From positions 10,697,298-10,761,297 of the forward strand of contig NC_069007.1 in the NCBI RefSeq assembly GCF_001194135.2: 64,000 nucleotides of DNA, given 5' to 3'. A program made the position numbers and the translations under genes. Under the pieces are notes generated by a model, which worked only from the letters and a program-made list of their open reading frames with translations, did no database searches and was not told the origin of the DNA. Positions 1-12,530 of this stretch are shown here, in pieces (within the stretch, counting starts at the first letter, position 1; every line of letters starts with the position of its first letter). Origin of the DNA: Octopus bimaculoides (taxonomy: Eukaryota).

Positions 1-191
1 AAATATTCAGTTAACATATGCGTTTTACTCCATTTACTAAATTTATATATTTACTCAAGTACCCAAAATAACAAGGAGTCTCTACCTTATAAACAGGAGT
101 TACACCACAGTCATTTTGTGATCTTTGCTACCATGGTATCTATTAACCAATTTATTTTGTCCGAATTATTTATTAATTAGGAGAAAATAAA

Positions 192-196
<5 letters not shown>

Positions 197-269
<73 letters not shown>

Positions 270-285
270 ATATGTATGTATTTAT
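197..285. repeat. (TA)n/(TG)n compound microsatellite
   Basis: Direct dinucleotide runs. Confidence 0.95.
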
Positions 286-769
286 GTATTAACACAACGA
301 GCTTCCACACAGTTTCTGTATCAACTAAATTCACTCCACCCGCAAAGCACTGGTCAATCTGAGGCTAAAGCAGAGAATACTTACCCAAAGTGCCATGCTG
401 TGGGACTGCTATTTCATAGCATGCCAGTGGCTACATATAAATTTTCAACAAAATCGGAAGAGTGAGTTTCAAGCAGAAAAATAAACTACATGTCAAGAAC
501 TCACCTCATCGCCCCAATAAAACGGAAAATTTTTAGGGTCCTTATATTTCTTATACTGATGAACAAACTGCCTTCTTGCTTGTCTTTTGATATGTGGAAT
601 ATAGGGTTTAATCTCTTCCCATTTCATTAGAGTACCGTCTGTAACAAAGGCCATTTTTATTTTGACTGACAAACGTTTCTTTCATCTAGTTTTACTTTGT
701 TAGATCTTTGCTGTTCAGTAAGGACTGTAAATAGAAATTAAAGAAAATAGGAAACTTTAACGTGTAAAA

Positions 770-975
770 CCTTTCTCAACCATTTTTTATCTATCGACCC
801 CTTTGATTACTATTTTATTCTGGTAGACTCTTCATAGCCATTTGATGTTTAAAAAGTAGTTTTATAGAATCTTTCAAAATTCCTATTTTGTTTTGCACAC
901 ATTACCCTATGTAGGTTGAACCATGTTAAATATTACAGAAAAAAGCCAAGATGTTTCTTGCAATACATACCAATA
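770..975 (+). mobile_element. Single partial copy of the hAT-like MITE that is tandemly amplified at 25160-26015
   Basis: Shares GACCCCTTTGATTACTATTTTATTCTGGT...TTCAAAATTCCTATTTTG...GTAGGTTGAAC with the 25 kb copy. Confidence 0.75.
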
Positions 976-989
976 TGTATATGCATCCA

Positions 990-1200
990 ACGACGCACAA
1001 ATACACACACACACACACACACGCATGCATTCATACATAAATCGATCCACAGGCACATACATGTGTGCAAACGTACATACATACACAGATACTTACCTAC
1101 ATGCACATACATACTTACACATACATACGTATATTGAAATAAACACATATACACACTTATATATATGCATATGCACACATACATACATACATACATATAA
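990..1200. repeat. (CA)n/(TACA)n-rich low-complexity tract
   Basis: Direct; explains the HT/YI-rich pseudo-ORFs here. Confidence 0.85.
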
Positions 1201-2019
1201 GGAAATAATTTTATTCTCAAACGCAGGATAATGCTTGTTATATAGCATGAACAGAATAAACTATCCATAATTTGCAGAAAAATCTGTCGGCTGCCAGATT
1301 TTTCTGCAAAATATGGATAGTTTATCTTGTTCATACTATATTACAAGCATTATCCTGTGTTTGAGAATAAAATTATTTCCTTATATGTATCTTTCAATAC
1401 ATGTCAATGCTTTTAAAATTTTGTGTTTTGACTTTCAACGTAAGTTGAATTTAACATACATACATAAGTACATACATAACTGTCAGTCTGGATAAGCTTG
1501 GATTTTCTGAAAAAGAAGTCGTCCAACTGGTTCACACATTACAAATACAATCTGTAAGTGGAACAGTAATACTATGCAAGACTTTTCTCAGGTTTAAAAT
1601 GTGACATTGTTTTCATCATCTACATTCCAAACAAGGAGTTTTGTATCTTTGTTAGAAACCAGCTCCTTCTTCAGAGAAAGAATTTGAATGATTAAAAACA
1701 GAATAGAGACATACATACATACACACACATGCACATACACATAGATACATACATACATTCAGTCATACATACATACACACACACATACATACATTCACAC
1801 ACACGCACATATACATACTGACGTCATCATTGGTTGTCCATCATAGTTTGACGTTGACTGTTTTGTTCAGAACTTCTTTGGATAGTAAGGCAGTTGGCCT
1901 CGTCTCACCACCAAATTGTCTCTCTGGGCATCCACGTCATGTGCCATGTGGTGTACAAGAGTGCAATGTGTATGGGCGGCGATGATGCTGTCTTGCAGTA
2001 GCAGTTCATTTGCTAGTTG

Positions 2020-2135
2020 TAGCTCAACCATTGTCTGATGGTACAGATCTTCCACTTGGTTGCAATAACCTTCAAACCATTAGTATAGAACCCCTCCGCC
2101 TTGTCGGCTATCCACATCCTGCTACCTTCATCTTC
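2020..2135 (-). mobile_element. Degenerate mariner transposase C-terminal fragment
   Basis: Minus frame reads WIADKAEGFYTNGLKVIATKWKICT, resembling the mariner ..FY..GI..L..RW.KC tail. Confidence 0.45.
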
Positions 2136-2140
2136 ACTGT

Positions 2141-2362
2141 ATTCTTTTCTACTCTAGGTACAAGGCCTGAAATTTTGGGGGAGGCAGTCGATTAGATCGA
2201 CCCCAGTACTTAATTTATCGACTGGTACTTAATTTATCGACCCCGAAAGGATGAAAGGCAAAGTTGACCTCAGCGGAATTTGAACTTAGAACATAAAGAC
2301 AGACGAAATACTGCTAAGCATTTCGCCTGGCTTGCTGACGTTTCTGCCAGCTCACCGCATTC
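2141..2362 (-). mobile_element. tRNA-headed SINE, family B (working name)
   Basis: Recurrent ~220-bp unit; sense head GGCGG(T/C)GAGCTGGCAGAA...GTTCAAATTCC (A/B-box like), core GCCTTTCATCCTTTCGGGGTCGATAAATTAAGTACC. Confidence 0.9.
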
Positions 2363-3375
2363 ACCATATTCCTTGCACAATTCTACGGATGGAAGGGGCA
2401 ACTTTCTCTCCCCTTTACGGCCTGTCAACTTGTCTACACATATGCATATGGACATATGATAGTAACAGCCGGTATCTCACATCTGGCTATTCCTGTTTAC
2501 CCTTTCTTATCATCCGACTATATATGAAATGCGGTATAATGGATGTTATTCAGGATATATAAGGGCCCAGAGAAAATATTCTGGGAGCAGAAAAGAAGAA
2601 ATTTCAGCAATGCCTTGAATTAATTCGTTCCCGAAGAACACTCGTAAANNNNNNNNNNNNNNNNNNNNNNNNNNNNNNNNNNNNNNNNNNNNNNNNNNNN
2701 NNNNNNNNNNNNNNNNNNNNNNNNNNNNNNNNNNNNNNNNNNNNNNNNNNNNNNNNNNNNNNNNNNNNNNNNNNNNNNNNNNNNNNNNNNNNNNNNNNNN
2801 NNNNNNNNNNNNNNNNNNNNNNNNNNNNNNNNNNNNNNNNNNNNNNNNNNNNNNNNNNNNNNNNNNNNNNNNNNNNNNNNNNNNNNNNNNNNNNNNNNNN
2901 NNNNNNNNNNNNNNNNNNNNNNNNNNNNNNNNNNNNNNNNNNNNNNNNNNNNNNNNNNNNNNNNNNNNNNNNNNNNNNNNNNNNNNNNNNNNNNNNNNNN
3001 NNNNNNNNNNNNNNNNNNNNNNNNNNNNNNNNNNNNNNNNNNNNNNNNNNNNNNNNNNNNNNNNNNNNNNNNNNNNNNNNNNNNNNNNNNNNNNNNNNNN
3101 NNNNNNNNNNNNNNNNNNNNNNNNNNNNNNNNNNNNNNNNNNNNNNNNNNNNNNNNNNNNNNNNNNNNNNNNNNNNNNNNNNNNNNNNNNNNNNNNNNNN
3201 NNNNNNNNNNNNNNNNNNNNNNNNNNNNNNNNNNNNNNNNNNNNNNNNNNNNNNNNNNNNNNNNNNNNNNNNNNNNNNNNNNNNNNNNNNNNNNNNNNNN
3301 NNNNNNNNNNNNNNNNNNNNNNNNNNNNNNNNNNNNNNNNNNNNNNNNNNNNNNNNNNATATATATATATATATA

Positions 3376-3531
3376 CGATGGGCTTGTTTCAGTTTCCTTC
3401 TACCAAATCCACTTACAAGGCTTTGGTCGGCCCAAGGCTATAGTAGAAGACACTTGCCCAAGGCGCTACGCAGTGGGACTAAACCCGGAACAATGTGGTT
3501 GGGAAGCAAGCTTCTTACCACGCAGCCACTC
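3376..3531 (-). mobile_element. tRNA-headed SINE family A, 5' half, abutting (TA)n and a gap
   Basis: Sense GAGTGGCTG..TGGTAAG...GGTTTAGTCCC head and CORE-like CCTTGGGCAAGTG. Confidence 0.85.
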
Positions 3532-3584
3532 TTGTGTGCGGGGAAAATTTTAGCCATTTTTCCGCAGACTGAAAAAGCGATGAA

Positions 3585-3627
3585 CTTTAACCGATTTTCG
3601 AACCTTATTGTGCTCTCATCAGAGGTG
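3585..3627 (-). ncRNA. Degenerate minimal hammerhead-like motif (H0)
   Basis: Minus: CTGATGA-GAGC(acaataag)GTTC-GAA-AATCGGTT-A; stem I poorly paired. Confidence 0.4.
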
Positions 3628-4281
3628 TGTCAGCATATTTCTTCTTAGATGCATGGGGAGAGGGAAAGCATTTATGCCAATTGTGTTCAATTTATAAATT
3701 GCTATATCTCTCTCTCTTCCTCTCTCTTTCTCCCCCTCTCTTCATTTCCCACTTCTTGTTTTTCTTCTCACTCTCTCTCTTTTTTTCTATTCTCTCTCTC
3801 TCCCTCATATACACTTTCTTTCTGTCTGCATGTATCAATTTCTGCATAAAAGCGCATGGGTATGTGTGCATGTTTGTGTGTGTGAGTTTGCCTCCAGCGC
3901 CCTCAGTACAGACTGAATGCTCAGTCAACCATGCCAAATGGTTGCACCCAATCGTCTCATTTCGAGAGTTCTTTATATTTATATAATGTTTAAAAATTAA
4001 AATTTAGGTTAAAAATTAAAATCTAGGTTAAATAATATATTGCAAAAAAAATTGCAAATTGTGCTGTCAAGCGTAACTGTCTACTCTTGCTATTCACACT
4101 GGATTGATATTTCAAGTTGATCAATATTACAATTGTCAGGTATTGATACTAATGTATTTAATTCTACATAAAATTTATTCTGTAAAACATTGTCTGGGAA
4201 AAGTAAAGCAAATAAAGAATAAAACATGTAATTAGTAACATAGCTATACACATAATACACATATATGCGTCTATAGCGTTA

Positions 4282-4349
4282 AACTAATACATCCATTTGT
4301 TGTTTACACCACCTGTCTTCGTCTGTTGTTTTTTCGTAAATTTTCCCAT
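4282..4349 (+). mobile_element. 3' fragment of the small repeat family also at 49389-49575 and 53309-53450
   Basis: ACTAATACATC..TTTG..TTTACACCACCTGTCTT shared with those copies (reverse complement). Confidence 0.6.
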
Positions 4350-5076
4350 ACATATACATATATATGCATATATATATATATATATATATACAAACATATA
4401 TACATACATATATATANNNNNNNNNNNNNNNNNNNNNNNNNNNNNNNNNNNNNNNNNNNNNNNNNNNNNNNNNNNNNNNNNNNNNNNNNNNNNNNNNNNN
4501 NNNNNNNNNNNNNNNNNNNNNNNNNNNNNNNNNNNNNNNNNNNNNNNNNNNNNNNNNNNNNNNNNNNNNNNNNNNNNNNNNNNNNNNNNNNNNNNNNNNN
4601 NNNNNNNNNNNNNNNNNNNNNNNNNNNNNNNNNNNNNNNNNNNNNNNNNNNNNNNNNNNNNNNNNNNNNNNNNNNNNNNNNNNNNNNNNNNNNNNNNNNN
4701 NNNNNNNNNNNNNNNNNNNNNNNNNNNNNNNNNNNNNNNNNNNNNNNNNNNNNNNNNNNNNNNNNNNNNNNNNNNNNNNNNNNNNNNNNNNNNNNNNNNN
4801 NNNNNNNNNNNNNNNNNNNNNNNNNNNNNNNNNNNNNNNNNNNNNNNNNNNNNNNNNNNNNNNNNNNNNNNNNNNNNNNNNNNNNNNNNNNNNNNNNNNN
4901 NNNNNNNNNNNNNNNNNNNNNNNNNNNNNNNNNNNNNNNNNNNNNNNNNNNNNNNNNNNNNNNNNNNNNNNNNNNNNNNNNNNNNNNNNNNNNNNNNNNN
5001 NNNNNNNNNNNNNNNNNNNNNNNNNNNNNNNNNNNNNNNNNNNNNNNNNNNNNNNNNNNNNNNNNNNNNNNNNNNN

Positions 5077-7585
5077 GTCTTCGCAAGCGGAGTTTAGTGT
5101 CCAAAGAAGGAATGTTACGCATAAGTGGGCTGGCTACATCCCTGGCAGAGGCCTTGGATTTTGGTCTCACTTGGCTTGCCGGGTCTTCTCACACACAGCA
5201 TATTTCCAAAGGTCTCGGTCAGAAGTCATTGCCTCGGTGAGGCCTAATGTTCGAAGGTTGTGCTTCACCACCTCAGCCCAGGTCTTCCTGGGCCTGCCTC
5301 TTCCATGGATTCCCTCAACCGCTACGGTGTGGCACTTTTTCACACAGCTATCCTCATCCATTCTCGCCACATGTCCATACCAGTGCAATCGTCTCTCTTG
5401 CACACCATAACTGATGCTTCTCAGGTTCAACTTTTCTCTCAAGATACCTACACTCCGTCGGGTATGAACACTGACATTACTCATCCATCGGAGCATACTT
5501 CATTCCTTGCGAGCTTACGCATGTCTTCAGCAGTCAAGGCCCATGTTTCATTGCCATGTAGCATGGCTGTTCGTACACATGCGTCATACAGTCTGCCTTT
5601 TACTCTGAGCGAGAGGCCTTTTATTGCCAGCAGAGGTAAGAGCTCTCTGAAATTTGCCCAGGCTATTCTTATTCTAGCAGCTACACTTTCAGCGCACCCA
5701 CCTCCACTACTAATTGGTCACCCAGATATATTGTTTTCTGCACATTTTCAGTGTTTATTGTACCTGAACATGTCACATACAAAAACTAACTTCCTAGTTA
5801 ACCTGCCTTTGATATTGCTGCACCTCTTATGTGTCCATAGCTTGCACTGGGTACATCTTATAGAGTTTCTACCTACACCTTTTCTACAGATCGAGCAGGG
5901 CCATCTACCTGAAGGGGTTTATGTTTTGTCTACCTTCCTACTTGTTAGAACTTTGGTTTTAGCTAAGTTGACTCTAAGGCCCTTCGATTCTAGTCCCTGC
6001 TTCCACACCTGAAACTTCTTCTCTAGTTCTGATAGTGACTCAGCAATTAGTGCAAGGTCATCAGCATAGAGGAGCTCCCAGAGGCATCCTGTCTTGAATT
6101 CCTCTGTTNNNNNNNNNNNNNNNNNNNNNNNNNNNNNNNNNNNNNNNNNNNNNNNNNNNNNNNNNNNNNNNNNNNNNNNNNNNNNNNNNNNNNNNNNNNN
6201 NNNNNNNNNNNNNNNNNNNNNNNNNNNNNNNNNNNNNNNNNNNNNNNNNNNNNNNNNNNNNACCTCTGTAATTATTTGTATCTAAAGCGTCACCTTTACC
6301 TTTGTAACAATTGACTATGGTGCTGCTACACCAGTCATTGGGTATGACTCCTTCGTGTACCACCTGGTTAACAATACGGGTGACTAGGCTATAGCCGACA
6401 CTGCCAGATATTTTGAGCATCTTGCAGTGATTCCTGATGGGCTGGGGGCTTTCCCTGTCTTCATACTCATAATTGCTTTATCTACCATGGAACTGTCAAC
6501 TCGGATAGCTGGTCCCTCTGTTGGGTCGACATTCGGCAGATTCTCTTTATTGAGCAATCTTTCATAGTGGCATCTCCAAACCTTCTTCTTAGCAGCCTCA
6601 TTTAGAGCAAGCGTACCATCATCCATGCGAACACATTTCTCTCCCACGACATCACGATTCTCCCTCACACACTGTCTTGCAACACGAAATACTTCAAGTC
6701 TTTGGTCCTCACGGCGCAGAACATTGGCAAACTTTTTCTTATCTGCTTCCCCTCTGGCTAGATAAACCTGTCTCCTAGCTTCCCTTCTGGCAGTCTGATA
6801 CAATTCCCTGCTACCTCCATTCTTCCAAGCCTGTTTCTTTTGTCTGATAGCCCTGTCAACCACACTGTTCCACCACCAAGTTACTTTGGGTCGAGTGGGG
6901 ACTTTACACCAGCCACAGATCTGGTCGGTGGCTCTCAGCAGGTTGTCCTGTAGGAACCACCAGTTGTCTTCCATGTTGTATGATGCTATATCCCCTTCTA
7001 TTTCGTCAAATACTTCGAGTAACATGTCTCTAAATCTCTGTTCGTTTGCTGGATCTTTAAGTTTCCAAACCCTTCTCCTCCAAGTCGGTCTACTTCTGGG
7101 CATCCTTTTTGCCTTGATCCCGAAGTCGATAACTACGAATCTGTGTTGAGGGGTACATTCTTCGCTAGGGAAGGTTTTGGCATTTATAAGCCGCCCTCTT
7201 TCCCTATTTCTGACGAGGATGTAGTCGATTTGGCTAGAGTGTCTGCCGGAGCGGTAGGTAACTAGGTGACAGGCAGGTTTCTTGAAGTTGATATTGCAAA
7301 ACCATAAGATCGTTTGCATCACAGAACTCCAGCAGTCTGGTTCCCTCCTCATTGCGGGAACCGAAGCCATAGCCTCTATGTATACTATGGAAGCCCCCTG
7401 CATGACCATTGAAATCACCAGCCACAAAGAGAAGGTCCCTGTCATCCGTCAATGAGGTAGTTTGCAGGGGGGTGTCATAGAATTGGTCTTTCTGCCCATC
7501 CGGTAGCCCCGGTTGAGGGGCATAGGCCGAGATGACAGTAGCTAACCTATGATGAAGCACTAGCCTAATCTTAAGTACTCTGTCA
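5077..7585 (-). mobile_element. RTE-clade LINE (APE endonuclease + RT), frameshifted and 5'-truncated
   Basis: EN motifs SAYAPQ, GDFNGH, GYGFGSRNEEG, IDYILV; RT motifs YKGKGD..NYRG and WELLYADDL (YADD ~6057-6068); RTE C-terminus RRLHWYGHVARM...GRGRPRKTW. Confidence 0.95.
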
Positions 7586-7659
<74 letters not shown>

Positions 7660-7670
7660 TATATATATGC

Positions 7671-7702
<32 letters not shown>
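7586..7702. repeat. (TACA)n(TA)n microsatellite at the LINE 5' breakpoint
   Basis: Direct. Confidence 0.95.
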
Positions 7703-7703
<1 letters not shown>

Positions 7704-7985
7704 AGGTAAGCAGAGTTAGCGGCTGTAGTAACCGACTAAGGGATAAAATATCCGTATTTACTATCGGTATCAGTTAGCTGTGCTATCCCTGGCCATGGGT
7801 ATGCAGGCACACTCTGCTCGTAGAGTACAGGTAACAACAGAATAAACAAAAGTTTATTAGGAATCAGATTTAAATAATCAGAAAATGAAGAAAACTTTAG
7901 ATCAACAAACAAAACAATTGGACCACATGTGTAGCTTATTATTTAATAATAAACATGAGATAACATAACATTCATGTGACATAAC

Positions 7986-8035
7986 AATTCTTACGGCCGT
8001 TCCCGCTTCCGATGCAGCTTCATCAGAGTGAATGC
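7986..8035 (-). ncRNA. Degenerate hammerhead-like motif (H1), possibly in a Penelope-type terminal repeat (~7703-8200)
   Basis: Minus: CTGATGA-A-GCTGC(atcggaa)GCGGG-AA-CGGCCGT-A with palindrome ACGGCCGT; GAAA register disrupted. Confidence 0.35.
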
Positions 8036-9454
8036 AAAAGCATCCAAAAAATAAACAAAAGGAAGAGAGAATTGGAAAGAAAACATGGCTTAGAGAAGAA
8101 GCCTGGGGACTTATATATTAAAATCATACATTCTTCCATCATAGGGCTTCGAAGTCAGTAAACAAAAGAGTGATCTAGCAATGGTCTAGGGAAAAAATGT
8201 TTTCAGATTATTTCCATATAAAGGGGTAACCAAGATGTTTTAAAAGTTGTGAAAAGAAGTTAGCAAAAAAATAATACAAGAAAATTGCTGACATGTCTAG
8301 AAAGAGAGCAGTACCTGTGTTATCATAAAAATCTCTGGCAGATATTTATCCAAAACAATACCGTAAGGTACGTATGATAGTGAACTTACTGAAATATTAC
8401 AGAGAACACCACTTGTTGTTCACAATAGGATAGACCGAAGTCTATCCATCTCTACAATTGGTCAATTCTATTTTATTTACATATCCATTGAAACAGTTTT
8501 AACTTTTGCCCTGAAATGAAAAATGTGAACCCCTACCCTACTCCCACCCGGTCCTCCCCTCCCCCAGCAGTCACCAACCCACACTCTGCCCCTCCGGACA
8601 GACACATGCACAAATATCCAGGTGCCCGAAATTCCCCTATCCCCAACCCCAAAAATGTGTCATACCGTGGTTTATAACCATTCAAACAGAAAGTTAAGAA
8701 ACAAAATAAAAAAAGATGAACTCCCATGTTGGTGCACGTGACAAGGTGTGAGGGTCTGCCCGAGCACTCCGGATGCACCCTGGTGAGTAAGGAATGGACC
8801 TGAATACAGAAATTGACGCAAGTAAATTTCCACCAACAGTGAGCTTTCGTAACCTATATCTCAGAAACGACTAACTGATAAGAATGTAATGAATTAATTC
8901 TTATTTTAAATGTGTTAAAAAGTCTAAATGAGGTTGCTCAGATTGTGCAGTTGAGTGGCCTTCATTTCATTTTACATTACTTTTAGCCATCTTTTGTATT
9001 CGTTTTTTGCTTTGAGACCTTGTGCTTCCAGTAGACTGCACGGTACAGTGGTCTGTAATTCACCACAAAGTACACCAGAGCTGATACAGATTCCACAGGG
9101 TACAGCAGGTCAAAAACTATTGTAGACATATGGTACCCCAGACAGGATATTATAGTAGACTGCCGGGTACAGTAGGTCAGCATGCTATAAAGACCATAGT
9201 GTATAGTAGGCCAAACATTCGTGCCCTAGATGAACGAACATGACAAATAACACAGAAGACAGTAGATGGTATAATATAGAAGTTACAATATACAGCACTC
9301 AACTATGTTGACCACGGGACAGTTGATGGGAGAGTCTGCTAGAGCAACTTTGATATGATTGGAATTAAAAGAGGAAATGATTTAAAGAGAACCTTATCAA
9401 TACAACAACAACTACAATAACTTTATTGCATCTAAAGTAAATAAATATAATGAC

Positions 9455-9849
9455 AATCCTTTCTTCTATAGGTACAAGGCCTGAAATTTTTAGGGAGGGA
9501 ATTAGTCGATTACATCGACCCCAGTTTTTAACTGGTACTTGATTTATCGACCCCTGAAAGAATGAAAGGCAAAGTCGATCTTGGCCGTATTTGAACTCAG
9601 AACGTGAAGACAGACAAAATACCGCTAAGCATTTCACCTGGCATGCTAAAGGTTCTGCCAGTGAAATACTGGGGTTGAGCTAATTGAATGGACCCCTCCC
9701 CCAAAATTTCGGGCCTTGTGCCTAGAGTAGAAAAGAATAATCCTTTCTACTGGAAGCACAAGGTCTCAAATTTGTGGGGAGGGGACTAGTTGATTACATC
9801 GATCCCAGTGTGTCACTGGTACTTAAGTATTTTGCCAGCTCGCCACCTT
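9455..9849 (-). mobile_element. SINE family B interrupted by a tail-to-tail pair of SINE-B 3' fragments
   Basis: Body 9455-9661, insert 9662-9832, head remnant 9833-9849; TGCCAG duplicated at 9656-9661 and 9833-9838. Confidence 0.7.
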
Positions 9850-10393
9850 AATAAATATAATAATGATAAAAATATTGAGACTCACCTTGATGTTGAAAGA
9901 GACGGTGTTTAACGTTACATTGTGTGGACCAAGTAAATATATTGATACAGCTGCAGATAAGACATGGATACGTTTGTCCAAAACACAAAATAAGAATTTA
10001 TAAAAAATACAGAAAAGTTGAATTTCAAAAATAAAATAAAACAATTTTTATTTATTGAATCCTTTGGGAATATTTGAAACTTAGTTCACACATTTATAGA
10101 AAAAGTAATATTGAATAAAGACACCAACAAATAAAGATATACAAACGTCCGTCCTAAATTGAAAGTATGTAGTGAGACCTGCAAGTAAAAACAGTGCTGT
10201 TGTTGTTGTTGTCACTGATGACCCCAGCTCAGTTTTGATCGAAGGTTTTGCAGCCGCGACCATTATGTATATATTTTTTTTTTTTCAGACACAGTGTATC
10301 TAGGATCACATCATTCAATGCATTTTGCTTTGGTTGCAATTTATTTCAGGTTCAGCAACCACAATGAGATTTATTATACAGAACATGCTGACA

Positions 10394-10770
10394 TCGCTGT
10401 GTGGTTATGAAGCTCACTTTTGCAACCATGTGGTTTCAGGTTCAGCCCCCCAAACCCCACCCCACTGAGCGGCACCTTGAGCAAGTTTCTTCTGCTATAA
10501 CCTCAAGGCCAACCAACACCTTGTAACAAGTGGAAACTATGTGGAAGTCCATTGAAAATGTGTGTGTGTGTATCTTTGGGCTTGTATTTTTCCTCTTACC
10601 AATGCTAGACCACTGGTGTTGGTTTTTTTACATCCCTGTAATTTAGCAGTTTGGCAAAGAGTAAGTGCTGGACTTTAAAAAATAAAGACCAGGTTCGAAC
10701 TCACCAAAAACCTTTCAAGGAGTGTCCTGGCATGATCACCGTCTAATAACTGAAACAGAATATAAAGGAC
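10394..10770 (+). mobile_element. Old degenerate SINE family A copy
   Basis: GCTGTGTGGTTA...GGTTCAG...CACCTTGAGCAAG...(TG)n...ACTGAAACAG tail. Confidence 0.6.
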
Positions 10771-11016
10771 AAGAGCATGGATAATTGAATTTGTGTACCC
10801 TCAACTTGAAATACATAAACTGGATGAAGACAAGAACTACAGCAACAAGAGCAAAAACCAGAAACAATGCTGGAAATCTATCTTCTTGTCACTGGTCATG
10901 AAGCAACTGGTCATGAAGCAGGGGATCCATAACATTTTGAGCTTTAGGGCAACAAAAATATATGTCCCCCACTGACTTTTCTAGCTCCCTAGCAAAAAAA
11001 AAAAAAAAGAGATTTA

Positions 11017-11275
11017 GTGATTAGAGTTTCTGGCTCACAGTTGTGAGTTTGATTGCCAGCAGTGCATTGTGCCCTTGAGCAAAACACTTTATAACACGCT
11101 ACTCCAGACCAATCAGCTGACAAATATGTGTTGTACCTATAATTCAAAAGGCCAACCTTGTCACATTCTGTGTCACACTGAATCTCCCTGAGAACTACGT
11201 TAAAGGTACAAGTATCTGTGGAGTGCTCAGTCACTTCCAGTTTAATTTCACGAGCAGGCTGTGCTGTTGATCAAA
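11017..11275 (+). mobile_element. tRNA-headed SINE family D
   Basis: GTGCCCTTGAGCAAAACACTTTA...GAATCTCCCTGAGAACTACGTTAA matches 37215-37540. Confidence 0.8.
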
Positions 11276-11689
11276 CACGTGCCATGAGTAATTACCCAGT
11301 TGGTGATATTTATGTAGTAAGACACACAAAACAGATAAGCTAAACACAGGTGCGTGACTGAGTTGGAGGCAAATTTACTTCTGCCTTTATAGCGCATAAA
11401 GAAAACACTGTTGTAGGAATGTACACAGCATGTATGCTATGTGTAGTTATAATATGGAGATTGAAAGGCAAGGGCAAATTATGCCTACCTAATCTACAAA
11501 CAAATCAAATATTTTGCATTTTATGCATAGTAATGAAAATAACCTTCATAATTTTATTGAATTAGGTGCATATTTTGCCATAAAAGGAAAATGTTGCTAT
11601 TGATCTATTCTATTCAGGGTAAGCACTGCCTACCTAGGCAGCATATCCCTGATTTATATATACCATATGTAAGAATTATTTCATGTCCT

Positions 11690-11870
11690 TTTGAAAGTTG
11701 ATATAATTCTTATGAGCGATGATTTATATTTCCAGGTATTTCTAAGTAACAGGTTGTATTCTTCGATCGTTCTCCAACTAAATCCTGATAATATTCAGCA
11801 TCCATTACATTAAAGGCGCCACCTTTATCTACCTCTTTGATAACATTTATTTTGTCGTTTAGGAAATGCA
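11690..11870 (-). mobile_element. Penelope-like element RT N-terminal fragment
   Basis: Minus frame FLNDKINVIKEVDKGGAFNVMDAEYYQDLV matches the PLE I.K.ADKGG..V.MD...Y motif. Confidence 0.7.
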
Positions 11871-12095
11871 GTTTCTTTGTTGTATAACTACGCTGTTGCT
11901 TGTGTCACAGCTGCAAACACTACTGTCATTGCTCCAAACAATGATTCATGTCTGTTAATATTAACCTAGGACTAAGATGGGAAACTGGTGGAATCCTACA
12001 ATATGTAATGTCATGTTTATAATATTTTACTTATTCTTCCTTGCAGCTGAGTAACTGCCATTCAATCACTGTTCATTACCATTGTATAGAAGCAA

Positions 12096-12310
12096 AGTTT
12101 TCCTTCTCTGTTGTCCATGCTGGCATGGGTTGGACAATTTAACCAGGGATGGTAAGCTGAGGAGCTGCACCAGACTCCTGTCTGATTTGACAAGGCTTCT
12201 ATGGCTGGATGCCCTTCCTAACATCAAGCACACTGAGAGTGTAATGGGGGCTTTTACATGCCACCAGCATGGGTGCCGGTTGCGTGACACCAATATCTGC
12301 AATGACGACA
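12096..12310 (-). mobile_element. SINE-like family C (RTE-type tail)
   Basis: Sense GTTAGGAAGGGCATCCAGC...CCAACCCATGCCAGCATGG. Confidence 0.8.
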
Positions 12311-12351
12311 ATTTTCCTTGGCTTGATGGCTCTTCTATTCAAGGACAACAT

Positions 12352-12530
12352 ATTCTTTTTTTGGGGAGGGGACCAGTCGATTAGATTGACCCAGTACGCA
12401 ACTAGTACTTAATTTATTGACCCCGAAAGGACGAAAAGCAAAGTCAACTTTGGTAGAATTTGAACTCAGAATGTAAAGACATGAAATACCGCTAAGTATT
12501 TCGCCCAGCGTGCTAACGATTCTGCCACCT
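12352..12530 (-). mobile_element. SINE family B
   Basis: Same consensus as 2141-2362. Confidence 0.85.

Noticed and set aside
4297-5410. Long ORFs of 266-348 aa here, and similar ones at 22086-22987, 25275-25805 and 62968-63351
   Set aside because: They run through N gaps and microsatellites.
5260-6012. 250-aa plus-strand ORF
   Set aside because: Antisense shadow of the RTE reverse transcriptase.
10210-10250. CTGATGAC...GATCGAAGG hammerhead-like text
   Set aside because: No stem II pairing, and GAAG instead of GAAA.
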